Shown here piece by piece: positions 13,009 to 25,699 of a stretch of DNA of 64,000 nt. The stretch lies in the NCBI GenBank assembly GCA_043228905.1, contig JBHGNT010000020.1:14012001-14076000 (forward strand), in the 5' to 3' direction. This DNA comes from Azolla caroliniana (Eukaryota > Plantae > Polypodiophyta). Each line of letters starts with the position of its first letter. The first letter of the stretch is position 1. The position numbers and the translations under genes were made by a program. The notes beneath the pieces were generated by a model. It saw nothing but the letters and a program-made list of their open reading frames with translations. It searched no databases and was not told the origin of the DNA.

Positions 13009-15760
13009 AAAGTCCCAATTTTCAAATTCCCCATATTGCACCAATGAATTTCACCTTCATATAGATGGATCAACCTTCACATTAGGTGTGAATCGTGATA
13101 TTATGCCCAATGATGAAGCACAACGTGAATATGAAAGGGTGAGTTGTAGGTGTTGTGAGCAAGGGATGTGGATGTGTAATGTATTTTTACTCGTGGGTAC
13201 TACTCAAGAACCACCTTGAGGATGGTGTGCAAGGACATATACTATCTACCCTTTTGTTGGTAGTAGTCAGGACAATCGAGAGCGAGTGTCGATCACCGCC
13301 AAGCTACTTACAAGTTACTACTAAAGCAAACTCTAATCTCACACTAAGAATTAATCCCTTATTCAAGACAATACTTTACCACTCAATAATGAAGAGCCCT
13401 TACCACATTTACATCCCATTCCATGCACTCAATAGAATAACGAAGAGACAAGAAATCAATAGCTTGATATAGCTTCCATTAGCCCACTTAATGCAAAAAA
13501 TGAAAGCTTTGGGGCTAATTATACAAATATGTACTACATATAAAACATATTTATATGATTAATTCTATCTTCTCACCCATTGCCATGGATGTGGTGTTTA
13601 TGGGATTTTGTAACACACTTAAGAGTTAGCTTGGGGCGATTTTGGCTTTGAATGGGTGTGCACATGCTTGGGAAGCCATATTTGTGTCTTCTCTTCATGG
13701 AACCACTGAACAATCGTCAACTTTTTAAGTACTCGTTATGTGGAGGTTCCTTTGTGTGGGCCTTCAACAATAACTCATGCATGTTCGCTCATGGTTGGCA
13801 CATAGTCTTTGAGGAAATTTAAATGACTTGTCATTCCAACTTAATAATGTGAAGGGTTTTCATACAATGGCAAACATTTTGGGTTGGTAAGGTTTTATGA
13901 ACAAATGGCTAAACCAAAATACGTCATTGATATGGGAGCTTGCACAATTACATGAGATAAGTTCTCCCACAACATTATTTGTGAGATGGATAAAATAAAT
14001 TCCTTTATATATTTATTTGTAGGGTTATTCACCTAGAGTTGAAGCTATTATTGATGTTGTGGGGAAACATTGCAAAAAAGTGACTTGAGAGAATAAGGAT
14101 TGCGCTTCTAGTTCTACTCGAAATTACCTTGGTGTGAATAATCATCTCCATTAGACTTCCTTTTGGGGGCCAAACTTGGACCACGACAATGTGATGTGCT
14201 TGAAGTTGATATATTAAGACTTACAATGGTAGCCAATGGAGTCCCTTCTGAAAGGGAAGTTAAGGTAGGCAATGGGCACGTTGAACCTAAGAATTTCATG
14301 GTTTAACTTGAGCATTGCCACCGAAGGAGATGATTGGCTCAAGTTTACACTCTTCTCTAGGATTGTAGTGCAGAAACCATCGAACATTGGGAAGTACTCC
14401 TATTGTGCATTTGAAAAAATCATATATTTACTTGCAGCACGTGTTAAGTATCTAACACCTGAGACACTTGTTGTGGAGATTGCAGCACCAATAAGGGACA
14501 CCGAGCTCAACTAACCATAGGAACAAGAGATAGAAAAAAGCAAATATAAAGCAATGTAAGCCAATGGGCAACCTAGTGTGAAAGGAACTCACTTAGTACC
14601 TTGTTAAAAGCTATAAAAGCCACTTTTGAGTGACTTTTGTAGCTCTTCTCCAATCTTAGGTTTTTTCCTTCTCATTAATGCAATAGAGCTCTTACTCTAA
14701 TCCCCTAATATTCTATTAGAGCTATGGGAGATTAGGGTTAAGAGCTAAGTAAGACAAACTCTAATCTCCACCTCTTCTACGGTGCTAAACCTCTTTGCGT
14801 AAGAATTGGTGTATTTGATTATATCTTATTTGTCTCTACATTCACGTTCATGTGCAAGAGATAATAAAGTGAGAGAGAGAGAGTGAGTGAGTGTGTGTTT
14901 GTGAGCTTAACTACTAATAATCATAGTTAAGTAGGCCAGTAGCTCCAAGGTGCTTGATAACCACAATGGCCTAGTTCACCACCAAAAGGGCATATGCCAG
15001 TCCAAATCCTAGGCCAACGACATTGATAGAAGGGATAACTTCATCGATCCATAGATGTGTTTCGGTGTATTACACGGAAATGACACCACATGACATGGAA
15101 TACATGGTTTTGGAAGGGTTCCCCTAGGCATTACCAGGGTTGCAATGTATCATGTGAGTAAAGGTTTTAATCTCACATGGGAATGACTCCAAACATTTGA
15201 AGGAAAACCACACAATAGGATTTTAGTGCATTAACCATCAAACATTGGGAAGTACACCAATGCTCTCAAAGAAATAATACATTTACTTGCACCACACCAA
15301 TATTTACTTGGAATACATGGTTTTGGAAGGGTTCCCTAGGCCTCAACACATGTCATGCCACCAAAGATTTTAATATCACGTGGGAATGACCCCACACATT
15401 GGATGATCACCACCTAGAGGCTTGAGAGTTGTTCATTACATTCCATAGGAGTATTGTGACAATGGTTTGTCTGTTAATTGAGGCGATCGTATCTCTAATT
15501 ATATATTTCACATGAGAGGTAGAGTTGTCAACTATCTTCAAGGTTATATTTCATAATATCTATATGATGGTGGGTCACTAGCTCGAATGGTACAACCATG
15601 TAGCAAATTTTGGTCCAACCATTGTTGTCACAACTTTGTGGACCAATCGTGTGCATGTTGTTGACCATCACCGACATATGGCTAGTCTTAAAGGATGAGT
15701 GATGTTGTGAGTCGAACCATAGTCTTTTTTCTCTATCATAATCTTAATTGTTAAATGGGT

Positions 15761-17490
15761 TACCCTCTTTAAAATGGTTATTCTTGAATGATGTACAAAC
15801 ACCAAGGCGGGATCTTGCATCCAATAGATTTTTGCTAGGAATCATAAAGGCATGGGATGTGATTAAGTCATTCTTGCTTAAGGACAAGCCTTCTACATGG
15901 GATGCGCTACTTAATCAACCTCTTCTTGCCAAATCTTTATTTCTGGATAATGCAGGAAAAGTGTTGGTCTTGAGAACTCACCTTGCATGGGGAAAATTGG
16001 ATAATGGACCTGCTGCATCTGTAAGAATGTGGAATCATTTTCAGCAAATGTCATAAGAAGATCGTCTTGCACAATTACAATCAGTTTATGGTGCCAAGAT
16101 AATGATTGCTAGTATATCAACAACATATTCTTTGTTTTCTACAACCTTTCAACCCACAAAGGAACATATGTGGTTTGGATGCTTCATAAATGACACATCG
16201 GTGGCTGTCAAGGCAGTTTCACCTAACGGGTGTGCTTAATACTTTAAGGTCCTAGACAATCATACATTACAACCTTATACCTTAGAGTGCAGTTATCTAC
16301 AACACTTGCGAAGTGCACCAGTTAGAGTCGTTGCTAAATTTGGAAAGAAATGGATGCTCGATCCTTATCCTTCAATTGCGCATACGTGTGATATGTTGTG
16401 GCTATATGCAAAAGACCCGGTTGCAAGATTAACATGGGATCCGAGGGGCTGGTTTTGGTCACATTCCTTGGGGGAATAGATCATAAAGGTTCCTTTCTTT
16501 CAATACTCAGTAAAACTTGGAAGAGCACTATTGCTTTCTCAGAATGCAAGGATACCAACAACTCAGAAACATTGGACCACTTGGGGGTTCTCAACTTTGC
16601 ATTTGAAAACCTATTGGAAATGGATTTGGTCGTTCAAGGGGCCAACTAAATTTATTCTCTTCAGATGGCTATTAGTGCATATGACCTTACCAGTTGATCA
16701 CTCATTGAAAGGGAATGTAACACCTAATATTCGACAATGTGGCTTTTGCCACAAAGCGCAAGAGACTATCAAGCATGCCCTTTGGTCATGTTCCTTGGCT
16801 CAACAAGTATGGAATAAAGTTCTTTCGTTATTTTTAACAATCAATGTTGGTTGCTTATTTTCATGGGGAACAACAATGTGGGGAGTGTTACATTCCAGTT
16901 TGATGTTGTATGAGGCAAACGATGTTCAAGAGTCAATGATGGTACATAATAGAAGATTGATATTGGTCAGCCCCTTTCAACAACCTCAAAAGTAGGCGCG
17001 ATTTGCCCATATACGAAAAACAGTGACTACAATAACGTTATGGGCATTATGGAAATGTCGATGCAATTGACGTTATGATGCGACATATCAATGTCTCTCA
17101 GATGTCTTACGTGAGATATGGGAGAACTTGGTGGCAGTAGTCCGCGACCAGTATGACAACATGCAGGGTTCACCAGAGACTGTGAACAAGAGAAAGAAGA
17201 AGCACCTTCACTTATGGAAAAAGTTACCCCTATTCTCTGAGTCAACTCAAGGGCCTCAATGGAACTATCAACTTCCTTGGACCCTTTCTTGATTAACAGT
17301 GAAGCACGACAGAATGCAAAAAAATAACATTTTACAAAGTTCTAGCTTTGGTCTTAGGATTATCGTATATCATTGTACATGAAAATTGTAAGGTTTTGGC
17401 CAGATAAGCTTAAGTTGTAGCATTCACATGTTTTCCTTAATACTAATGAGGAAAATCTTTGAAGAAAAAGAAAAATAAATAATAATAATA
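15761..17490 (+). mobile_element. 5'-truncated L1-like LINE (ORF2 C-terminus, zf-RVT), decayed
   Basis: YWKWIWSFKGPTKFILFRWLLVHMTLPV...CGFCHKAQETIKHALWSC, an A/TAA tail, and a 15-bp TSD AATTGTTAAATGGGT at 15746-15760 and 17491-17505. Confidence 0.88.
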
Positions 17491-19574
17491 AATTGTTAAA
17501 TGGGTGACATTGTTAAGTACCTATTATAATAATGTGCCCAATGATAATATCAACATCAATACTAAGGTCACAAGTGATGTATTGTAAAGCTAGAGCCTTA
17601 GGGTCACCCAATGTGAAAAGGGACAAAACTTTTTTGTTAAATTAATAATAATAACTATAAAGGTCACTTTTAGACCTTTTGAATGCTTCTATTGATCTCC
17701 AATTTAAGCCAAACCTCCCTCTCTCTCATACATTTAGAGAGATTAGTGTTACGTATTGTTTGAGCCTCTCATTCTCATTCTCTTGTATGTGTGGTGGTGA
17801 TTCTCATTAATTGAAGTGTGGTTAGTCAATGTGTTCATGTTCATTTGCTTGACTACATTGTTTAACGAATAAACCTTGAAAGGGCATTGGCAAGCTTCTA
17901 GGTTAGGATAACCTTGAAGAGAGGTGAGTTAGTGTTCGGTTAGTTTAGGTACACAAAGTTAGTCACTCTAGAGTGCTCGATGACCACACCCACTTGAATC
18001 CCCATTAAAGGGTATATGAAAGTATGGATTCCTTGTCAAATCGCTCTCAAGATTATAATCGTAACCTTATGAACTGATTCTATAATTAATACGAGTAGGA
18101 TAGTCGGAAAACTGATTATCCCAAGAACTCGGACAAACCCATATAGACCTATGACCTATGGGAACATGTGGTGGTTTGGGAGGCATGCCTTTCATAACTC
18201 CTAGAGTAGAGCAACAAAACTTGAACCTTCTTCTAGTTTTAGTTCTATTGCTACGTAAACGAGTTTTGGGGATTCTCTATCGCCCAAGTTTATTTCCTTA
18301 ACTTGAGTTCATTCGTCACATGCGAGTCATTCCATGTTTGTTTAAGACAATCCACCTAATGTGTTCCAAACTTGTAGAGCTCGAACTTTACGTATATCTA
18401 GCTCTTTCAAACTTGCTGACATTTTTATCATCATTTTTTTTAGCGTTTGTAATAATTCCCTCTTCCACACATTGCAAGTGTTGTGAGGGATGACATGCTG
18501 GAATCTTATCTCCACCTCAACATTATTCAACCATTTTTTTCACCTGGCCTTATTTTTTTCATATGATCTAACAAAGTAAACTGATTTATACCATAAAGCA
18601 ATTGATGATGACCCCATCCTCATTGACACTTTCAATATTGAAGGATACATACTATTGACAATGGCTATAGTATGAGTGATCTTTTCATTGTACACATTTT
18701 TTGAATGCACAACTAATAACAAGTTTATATCTACCTTCTTTTCTCACTTGGGCACTTTGAGATGATATGTTCATAATTGCAAGATTCACGCAAAAACCAT
18801 GCCAGTACTCTTGTGCATTTTGGCCAGTAGATGTCATTAGTTTGTTTATCAATTAGACTTCCCTTTGGTTACATACATATATCATTGTTTTGGGTTACAA
18901 TCGTAATATCCCTGTTTGTTCGGGCATTCAATCAATTAGCGAGGTTCTTGACACTAAAACATTCTATTGTAGAATGTCTGGATGCACCATTGTCTCTATC
19001 ATAATTTTTGAGAGCATATATTGGTGTACAAGTACCTTTTGAGACAACATAATGCAACAAACTTTCATTCTTCTAGCTCTTAGCCCATCAATTTCATCTA
19101 TTCCTTCTCTTGAGTAGTATGACAACTCATTGTCTTGAGCCCCCACGATGAAGCTCTTCTCTAAGATGGTAATATATTTCCATTAGTCTACTACCTACCT
19201 AAGGGTGTGTGTTTGGTGGTGTTTGTCACGTGGAGGTTGTCTAGATAACCCAATTGGTGTCTTTCAACAATCTTCTCGACGATGTGTTGCAAAATATTTA
19301 CATTAAGTGGGTTCCACAGACACACACAGACACACACATGTAGAAGACAAATGATATCGATGAATAGAACAAAAATAAATAAATCAAGAGACTCATGATG
19401 AACAATAAGAGATCAAATGCAAATTGAGGTAACCCAAAGGAGCGAAAACACACGAACTAGAAACAAAGGTTCCGGAAATGAAATGACACAAGACAATGGA
19501 ATGAATGGTAAAGAGGAGAAACAGAACACAAAACCAACAAAAAAACAAGAGGTTTGTGTGTTGTGCGTGGGGGG

Positions 19575-19745
19575 CGATCCGGAGAAGAGCCAATCAGAAA
19601 CGAGGGAGCGGATCGCTGATGGTGAGCCGTTGGATGAAGAGGAGGAAGAGGGGGGCGATAGTGGACCGTTGGATCTCAAGGAAAGGAAAAAGAAGGCGGG
19701 AGAAAGACGAACGAATTTTGAACTCGCCTCTCTTCTTTAAATATC
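19575..19745 (+). promoter_or_regulatory. Plant histone promoter elements
   Basis: CCAAT 19590-19594; octamer-like AGCGGATC 19607-19614 (consensus CGCGGATC); reverse nonamer CGTTGGATG 19628-19636 (=CATCCAACG) and a near copy at 19667-19675, both containing the MSA core AACGG on the minus strand; TATA-like TTTAAATA 19736-19743. Confidence 0.7.
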
Positions 19746-19781
19746 TAACCGCCGCAGCTCTCAGATCTCAGACTCAGATAA

Positions 19782-20279
<498 letters not shown>

Positions 20280-20315
20280 AAGATAAATGCTTTTAAATAG
20301 AAAAGATTCGTTACT

Positions 20316-20340
20316 AAAACGGTGTATTTATACACCACCA
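20316..20340 (+). terminator. Histone 3'-UTR stem-loop-like element
   Basis: AAAAC GGTGTA TTTA TACACC ACCA: perfect 6-bp stem opening with GG, UUUN tetraloop, A-rich 5' flank and ACCA 3' flank, with the stem starting 41 nt after the stop. Confidence 0.75.
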
Positions 20341-21249
20341 TTATTCTGATAATGGATTACTCTTACCTTCTGCGTTTGGAAATTCCTTTATATCTTTGTG
20401 TTTGAGTGTGGTATGAGCTTGGGAGTTGCTTTCGAAACCTCTTGATAGAGAGGTGTTTTGGTGGTAAACACATTTGAACGTTTGATGACGGACGAGAATA
20501 TAATAATATGTTTCAATGCTTTGCTCTCAGAATTGTCTTGACATTGTTTTGTATTAATTTAGGGTAACTGTAAAATTTTAGCAATTGAGGTTTGCACAGG
20601 TTCAAATATGGACTGTTTAGGGTTTGTCTTGTGGCTGCAATAAAATTGCTGAAGTAGATATTATTTTGGCGAAAGGCTTGCAATTGTTGTGATTCTTATT
20701 ACGTAGATAGTTGAACACTAATCCAAATATAATATGATATTAGCTAATACTTACCACGAGTCTAGTCTGTTTTTTGGTTCTGTTAAATTTGATGCTTTCT
20801 ATCAGTCGTCCTGTAATTACAGTTGTGGCTTAAAATGTTTCAGTAGCAATAACATTTCTTAGTCGTTAGGTAGTTTCAAATTCTGCCAGAAATATAGTAT
20901 TTTTTGTCTGCCAATGTTTACTCATGATGGCTGTGATAAATAGATTGCTTGTTTTTCATCAGCGTCCATATTAGTATTTTCGTGGTGCAAAATGTTTCAA
21001 TTTCTTACAACCTTTCCTTTTCCTTATGTATTTGCAAACTCTGCCACATATTCACCATAATAGTTTGGCAACGAATACTCTTAATGGCTGTAATAAATTA
21101 CTTGTTTTTTCAGCAGTGTCTTTGCAAATATTATGGTGGCTTAGATAATTGCAAATTCTAAGCGAACTTGTGAATTGCTAATGCTCAATTTTACCATTAC
21201 TGGTGTTCTAAAATTAATTGTGTTTTCTTGTTAATGAAATAGACGATGT

Positions 21250-21530
21250 TATCATTGTTTTGCATTCTTACTTATCCTCTATTGACAGTCATGGATGAAA
21301 AGAAAGTATATTGATCACTACAGATTACCCAAAAAACCTTGGGCAAATCAAAGTATTTGCTCAACCTGAGGCAATTATGAATAGACTATGTTATATTGCC
21401 TTTTGTTTACTTTCTTACTCATCCACTATTTACATAGTGATGGATGAAAACATATGTTGATCACTAAAGATTACCCTAAGAACTTTAGGCAAACTAAAGT
21501 ATCTGCCCAACCTAAGCCAATTATGAATAT
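21250..21530. repeat. Diverged tandem duplication, unit about 148 bp
   Basis: atggatgaaaa...ttgatcacta.agattaccc...ggcaaa...aaagtat.tgc.caacct...caattatgaata occurs twice. Confidence 0.8.
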
Positions 21531-22041
21531 TCGTGATGTGCATGAATACCAAGAGGTCATAGCTCTCTCTATGTTGAATGCTTCTATTCTTCTTATAGTT
21601 GGCCCTTTACTCATTGCCATTCAATCTTGACATATATTATAAATGTCTAAACGTGCATTTGCAATGGAACCTATGAATCTATGGGCTGTTTCTAATGTTT
21701 CTTCAGATGTAGCATAGAAATATGAATTCTATATTTTGAGTTCAAAGCTTTTTTCTATCATATAATTTTAAGGATACACTGATATTTGGCAACTGCAACA
21801 TTGAATTACTGAAACATGATGTTTATCAGTTAATTAATGGTGAAAAGAATAAACACCGTCACTGATGTTATACCAATTTCTACACTATTGTCAGTAGTAT
21901 CACACAATCACATCAGATTTAATGAACCTCCTTGATTGTTATGTGCTGTCATTGCAATAATCTGCACAATCAACAGTTTCTATGATGAATGCCACAGGTG
22001 ATGGTATTATTATGTTGTCATGGTTTCTGCAGTGTCCATTG

Positions 22042-24002
22042 TCACGGGATGCTCTTTCTGCTGTCATTGGCCAAAACGTTTTGTAAGCCAATCTTTAGAG
22101 AAAGATAGAAATATAAACATTCCAACTAACATGATTTAAGAGCAGAAACCTGGCTACTTAAAGTCCATGGATCAAATTGGCATGAAAGAGTGCTGCTGTT
22201 TATAAGCTCCTCCAATTTATGCTTCGATACACTATACTCTTGTTTGAGTTGTTGGAATGCTTGCCAACATCTGCTCACATCAAAATATCATACCCTATTG
22301 GTTATTTTAAAACATCCAGGTAAACAGCAAGTAAGAATATTCTCTTACTCTACTATAATCTATGTTGCTTCAAATTTCCACACTATGTTTTCAGAACTTA
22401 ATGTTTTCTTACCCTTGCAAATCACCCAAATCACAAAAGCTGCGGAAAGCAACGCAACAATTCTTCATCCTGAGAACTCCTAGACTGCGAACCCTCGATG
22501 ATAAAACAAGTTACTTCCCTAATCAGCTTGCGGAATCACAGGGTAATCATTGAAAATGCTTGTTCGACACATCAAAATTCATTTCAAGATTGTTATAGCA
22601 TTATGCACTTTAAGCTTAAGTACACCATTATGCGTTACTGCCAGAGCAGGTTCACTATCGATAGCCTATAGGCCATGATCTGGACATAAACTTTAAAATA
22701 TATAATGAAGTGATTGTAATCCTACATATTTATCAGTGATGTGATCTTTAATCACTAATTTATTTGATTGTTTTTTACATGCCATCCTCAGTTAAACAAA
22801 TGAAGATATCAAACCAACCTTGCACTACTTCCTTTTAACTGATGCACACATGCATCCACGACTTTGAAGTCGACCGGATCTTGGGTTCTGCATGACCATA
22901 AGCAGCATGAGCATTCAATACACATATGCATACGATGCAATTGAAATGTAATAGATCTTCATCCTCTTCAGATAAGGGGTTCAGGTTTATTTTAAGTTTC
23001 CAAGTTCCAATTACTTGAAGAAACATAGGTATTCATGGTCACATGGGTGTGTATGTGAGACTTTAAATTAGGAAATTGGGCCACATTCCCATGCATGGAA
23101 ACTCTATTGGTATGTGCGATGAGTACACGAAGTCCCCTTTTAGGATTATTTCTCAAATTCCTACCGCTTGAAGAACCTATTGGTATTCTCATGTTTCATA
23201 GATAAAGCTGCGACTGAGTTTACAATTTCATGAAGAACCTACGATTATATTATTAGTATGGCATACGCATGTTATGTAGGTTACATCACAAATTAGGATT
23301 AACAACTTTCAATTACTTGAAGAAACCCATTCGTATTTACAGGTAAATGCCACCATTTAGAGATTGGGATTTGTGTAGGTCCAATGCAAAAAAAAAAAAC
23401 CATGAGAATGTAGCATATATATTTGTATACGATTAAATACTATGTATATGTAGAAGACATACAGAGCCTTCATAAGTTCATTGATAAGCCTCTCCGAGTC
23501 TTCAAAGTAAAGCCCAACAACCTCCACCAGAAAGTCAGGGTTGCTCTCGTCTTGAAGTTGATGAAGTTGAATGAATTGGTCGTCAATAAAACCCTAAAAA
23601 AGCCAGGCTCATTTTGTTCATTGAGGCCAATGGTACCGATGACAAACCTCTCTCATAAAAATAAACCATATTTAGATCTCTCTTTCTCTGTCTCCATGTC
23701 ATGGTGCTAAGGTTTCATCATAGAAAGAAACGTATATCTTCTTCTTTTCTCTTGCCTCTTTTTATGTGAAAACAAAGCAAAAGTAGAAATACTATATTTT
23801 CATGGAAAAATAAATCCTGAAGGATTAGAGACCATTTGTTATGCACACACAAAACAAAGTTAGGGTTTCATCCACAAACACAAGTTTTGTGTTGACGCAC
23901 ACATGATCAGAAAACAAGAGAGGAAATAAAACAAATGAAGAGAGACATTACCTGTTGAAAGAGAGAGGTGAGTAGTTCTGCGGTGTTCTTAGGGACCTCC
24001 AT
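22042..24002 (-). CDS. AHP: Histidine-containing phosphotransfer protein (AHP/HPt, two-component/cytokinin signalling); exons 24002-23952, 23593-23463, 22887-22819, 22484-22413, 22270-22150, 22092-22042 (last junction uncertain)
   Basis: GT-AG splicing gives MEVPKNTAELLTSLFQQ-GFIDDQFIQLHQLQDESNPDFLVEVVGLYFEDSERLINELMKAL-TQDPVDFKVVDACVHQLKGSSAS-LGVLRMKNCCVAFRSFCDLGDLQG-CWQAFQQLKQEYSVSKHKLEELIN... The HQLKGSS phospho-His motif is intact and the internal exons (131/69/72 nt) are phase-compatible. Confidence 0.92.
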
Positions 24003-24362
24003 ATCCTCCAAAAACAGAAACAAATAACAGAAAGACTTTTTCAACCAGAGGAAGAAGGAATAGAGAATGAAGGAAAGAACAAACTTTGATTTAGTGCCAT
24101 CAAATCTTGTCAGAATATTGGAGGTAAAGAGAGATTCTGGACCGTGATGATGATGGGTCTCTTTCCCTTCCTCTGATTATATTCCATAGTGGACACGCCC
24201 CCATCATTATCTTCTTCATGACCATGACTCTGTTCTGACTTTCTACTTACCCATGTACTCTATCTACCATTAAAAATACTAGTAGCAAGCAACGCTTCAT
24301 TCACATAAGAGTCCTCTTCAATTATTAGTACAAGCCATGACTATATTCCCACTCTCGAAGTT

Positions 24363-24562
24363 CTCGACACACACAAATTCACACACACACACACACTCTC
24401 TCTTAATGCTCTCGACACACGCATTCACACTCATTGCCAATGCTCTCGACACACGCATTCACACACTCACTCTTGATGTTCTTCATACACACATTCACAC
24501 ACTTGCTCTCGATATTCTCGACACACACATTCACACTCGCTCTTGATATTCTTGATACACAC
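24363..24562. repeat. Minisatellite, about six copies of a 34-36 bp CA-rich unit
   Basis: CTCGACACAC(G/A)CATTCACAC-like units start at about 24363, 24411, 24445, 24481, 24517 and 24551. Confidence 0.8.
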
Positions 24563-25699
24563 TTTTCGTGCCTTAGCTCCGTCTCGCTACCAAGAGGCAC
24601 ATCAAAGCTCCCTTCACACCTTGGGCTGAGAGTCCCACTTCTTCTGGACTCATGTTTACATACAAGGTCATGGATTCAACTCTGTACTTTTTCTCAAATC
24701 TTTGCTACTCCATATATCACACTGCTCGTAGACTACTTGTGCCATTAGTGCATCAAAGTGGCATCACCATCTCAAATATGGTCTTTTAGCAAGAATTGAA
24801 GCATATTAAAACAAAATGACAATACAAAATTTGCTTGTTGTTGCTATTGCATCAATGAGTATTTCTCAACAAATGTTCATGTAAATCAAAACAATATTAC
24901 AACACAAAAAGCTCAAGTTGTCTTAATTACAACAATGAGCACCTTGTGCCAAGGTAAACCAAAAAAGTATTGTGAGTTTAAGTTAAATAAAAACAACTCC
25001 TTTCAAGATAAGGTTGGGAAAAATTGTCAACTAATATTCCATGCAGATTATCAAACAAAAATTAATTTCTTATACTAAATATCCAAATATCTAAGGCAAT
25101 CAAACACAACTTTACATGACAGAGAGGGTAAAACTCAGAGTCCATGAGCAAAAACCCTATGAAAGGATAACATTTTTGAAGATAACATTGCCCAAATTAA
25201 CAATTGTTTGCCACTTTCAACACTAGGCATTGAAATCTGAAAATGTAGACACTCCTTGGAATCATAGTCCCCCAATTACCAAGCACTTCCACCTTACACA
25301 TCACCAACTCATAACAATCAATTGGTTTACCAAAAAATACAATCTCGTGATCCACTTAAGAAAAATAACACAATAGTTTTTTCAAAATTGTTAATTGATC
25401 TCCCATCTAATACTTACAAATTAATCACTACAAATTTACCACAAACTTGTAAAAGCGCTTATAAAAGTTCTATGGTTGTATATGAACAAGAAGACAAGCT
25501 TGATGTCCATTACTTGGAACTACTTATGATCATCATTTCATTCTTTGGATTTTAGTCCACATATATGTTCTCATTGTACGAAAACAAAAAAACATCCCAT
25601 CAAGTTAGTAATGGTACGCTTACTATCTTAAATTAAACTTTTCAAAAAGAAGCAAGGCTGATCATACAATGTAGTGAGAGTAGCTATATATGTGGAAAC

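Larger units (their letters stand above)
10405..13090 (+). mobile_element. Degenerate Ty3/gypsy RT-RNaseH relic interrupted by a MITE and a LINE
   Basis: EDIDKMREAMIIYPIELTTWISPIIGVPK*NGKF (about 10410-10510); KCQIWIKHGLMHGHVVPKDGIS...LMGCVGYYKQF (11230-11400); resumes after the LINE as KVPIFKFP..NEFHLHIDGSTFTLG (13010-13085). Confidence 0.7.

Noticed and set aside
13130-18300. LTR-like similar blocks (about 14570-15000 versus 17600-18020; 14370 versus 15235; 15100 versus 15310)
   Set aside because: Probably old LTR-element debris, but no termini, TSD, PBS or coding motifs could be fixed by eye.
20341-20375. U7-type histone downstream element after the stem-loop
   Set aside because: TTATTCTGATAATGGATTAC lacks a convincing purine-rich AAAGAG-like core; it cannot be called without a candidate U7 sequence.
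24363-24562. 34-36 bp periodic repeats resembling a CRISPR array
   Set aside because: Contiguous degenerate units with no unique spacers, no cas genes, and a eukaryotic context.
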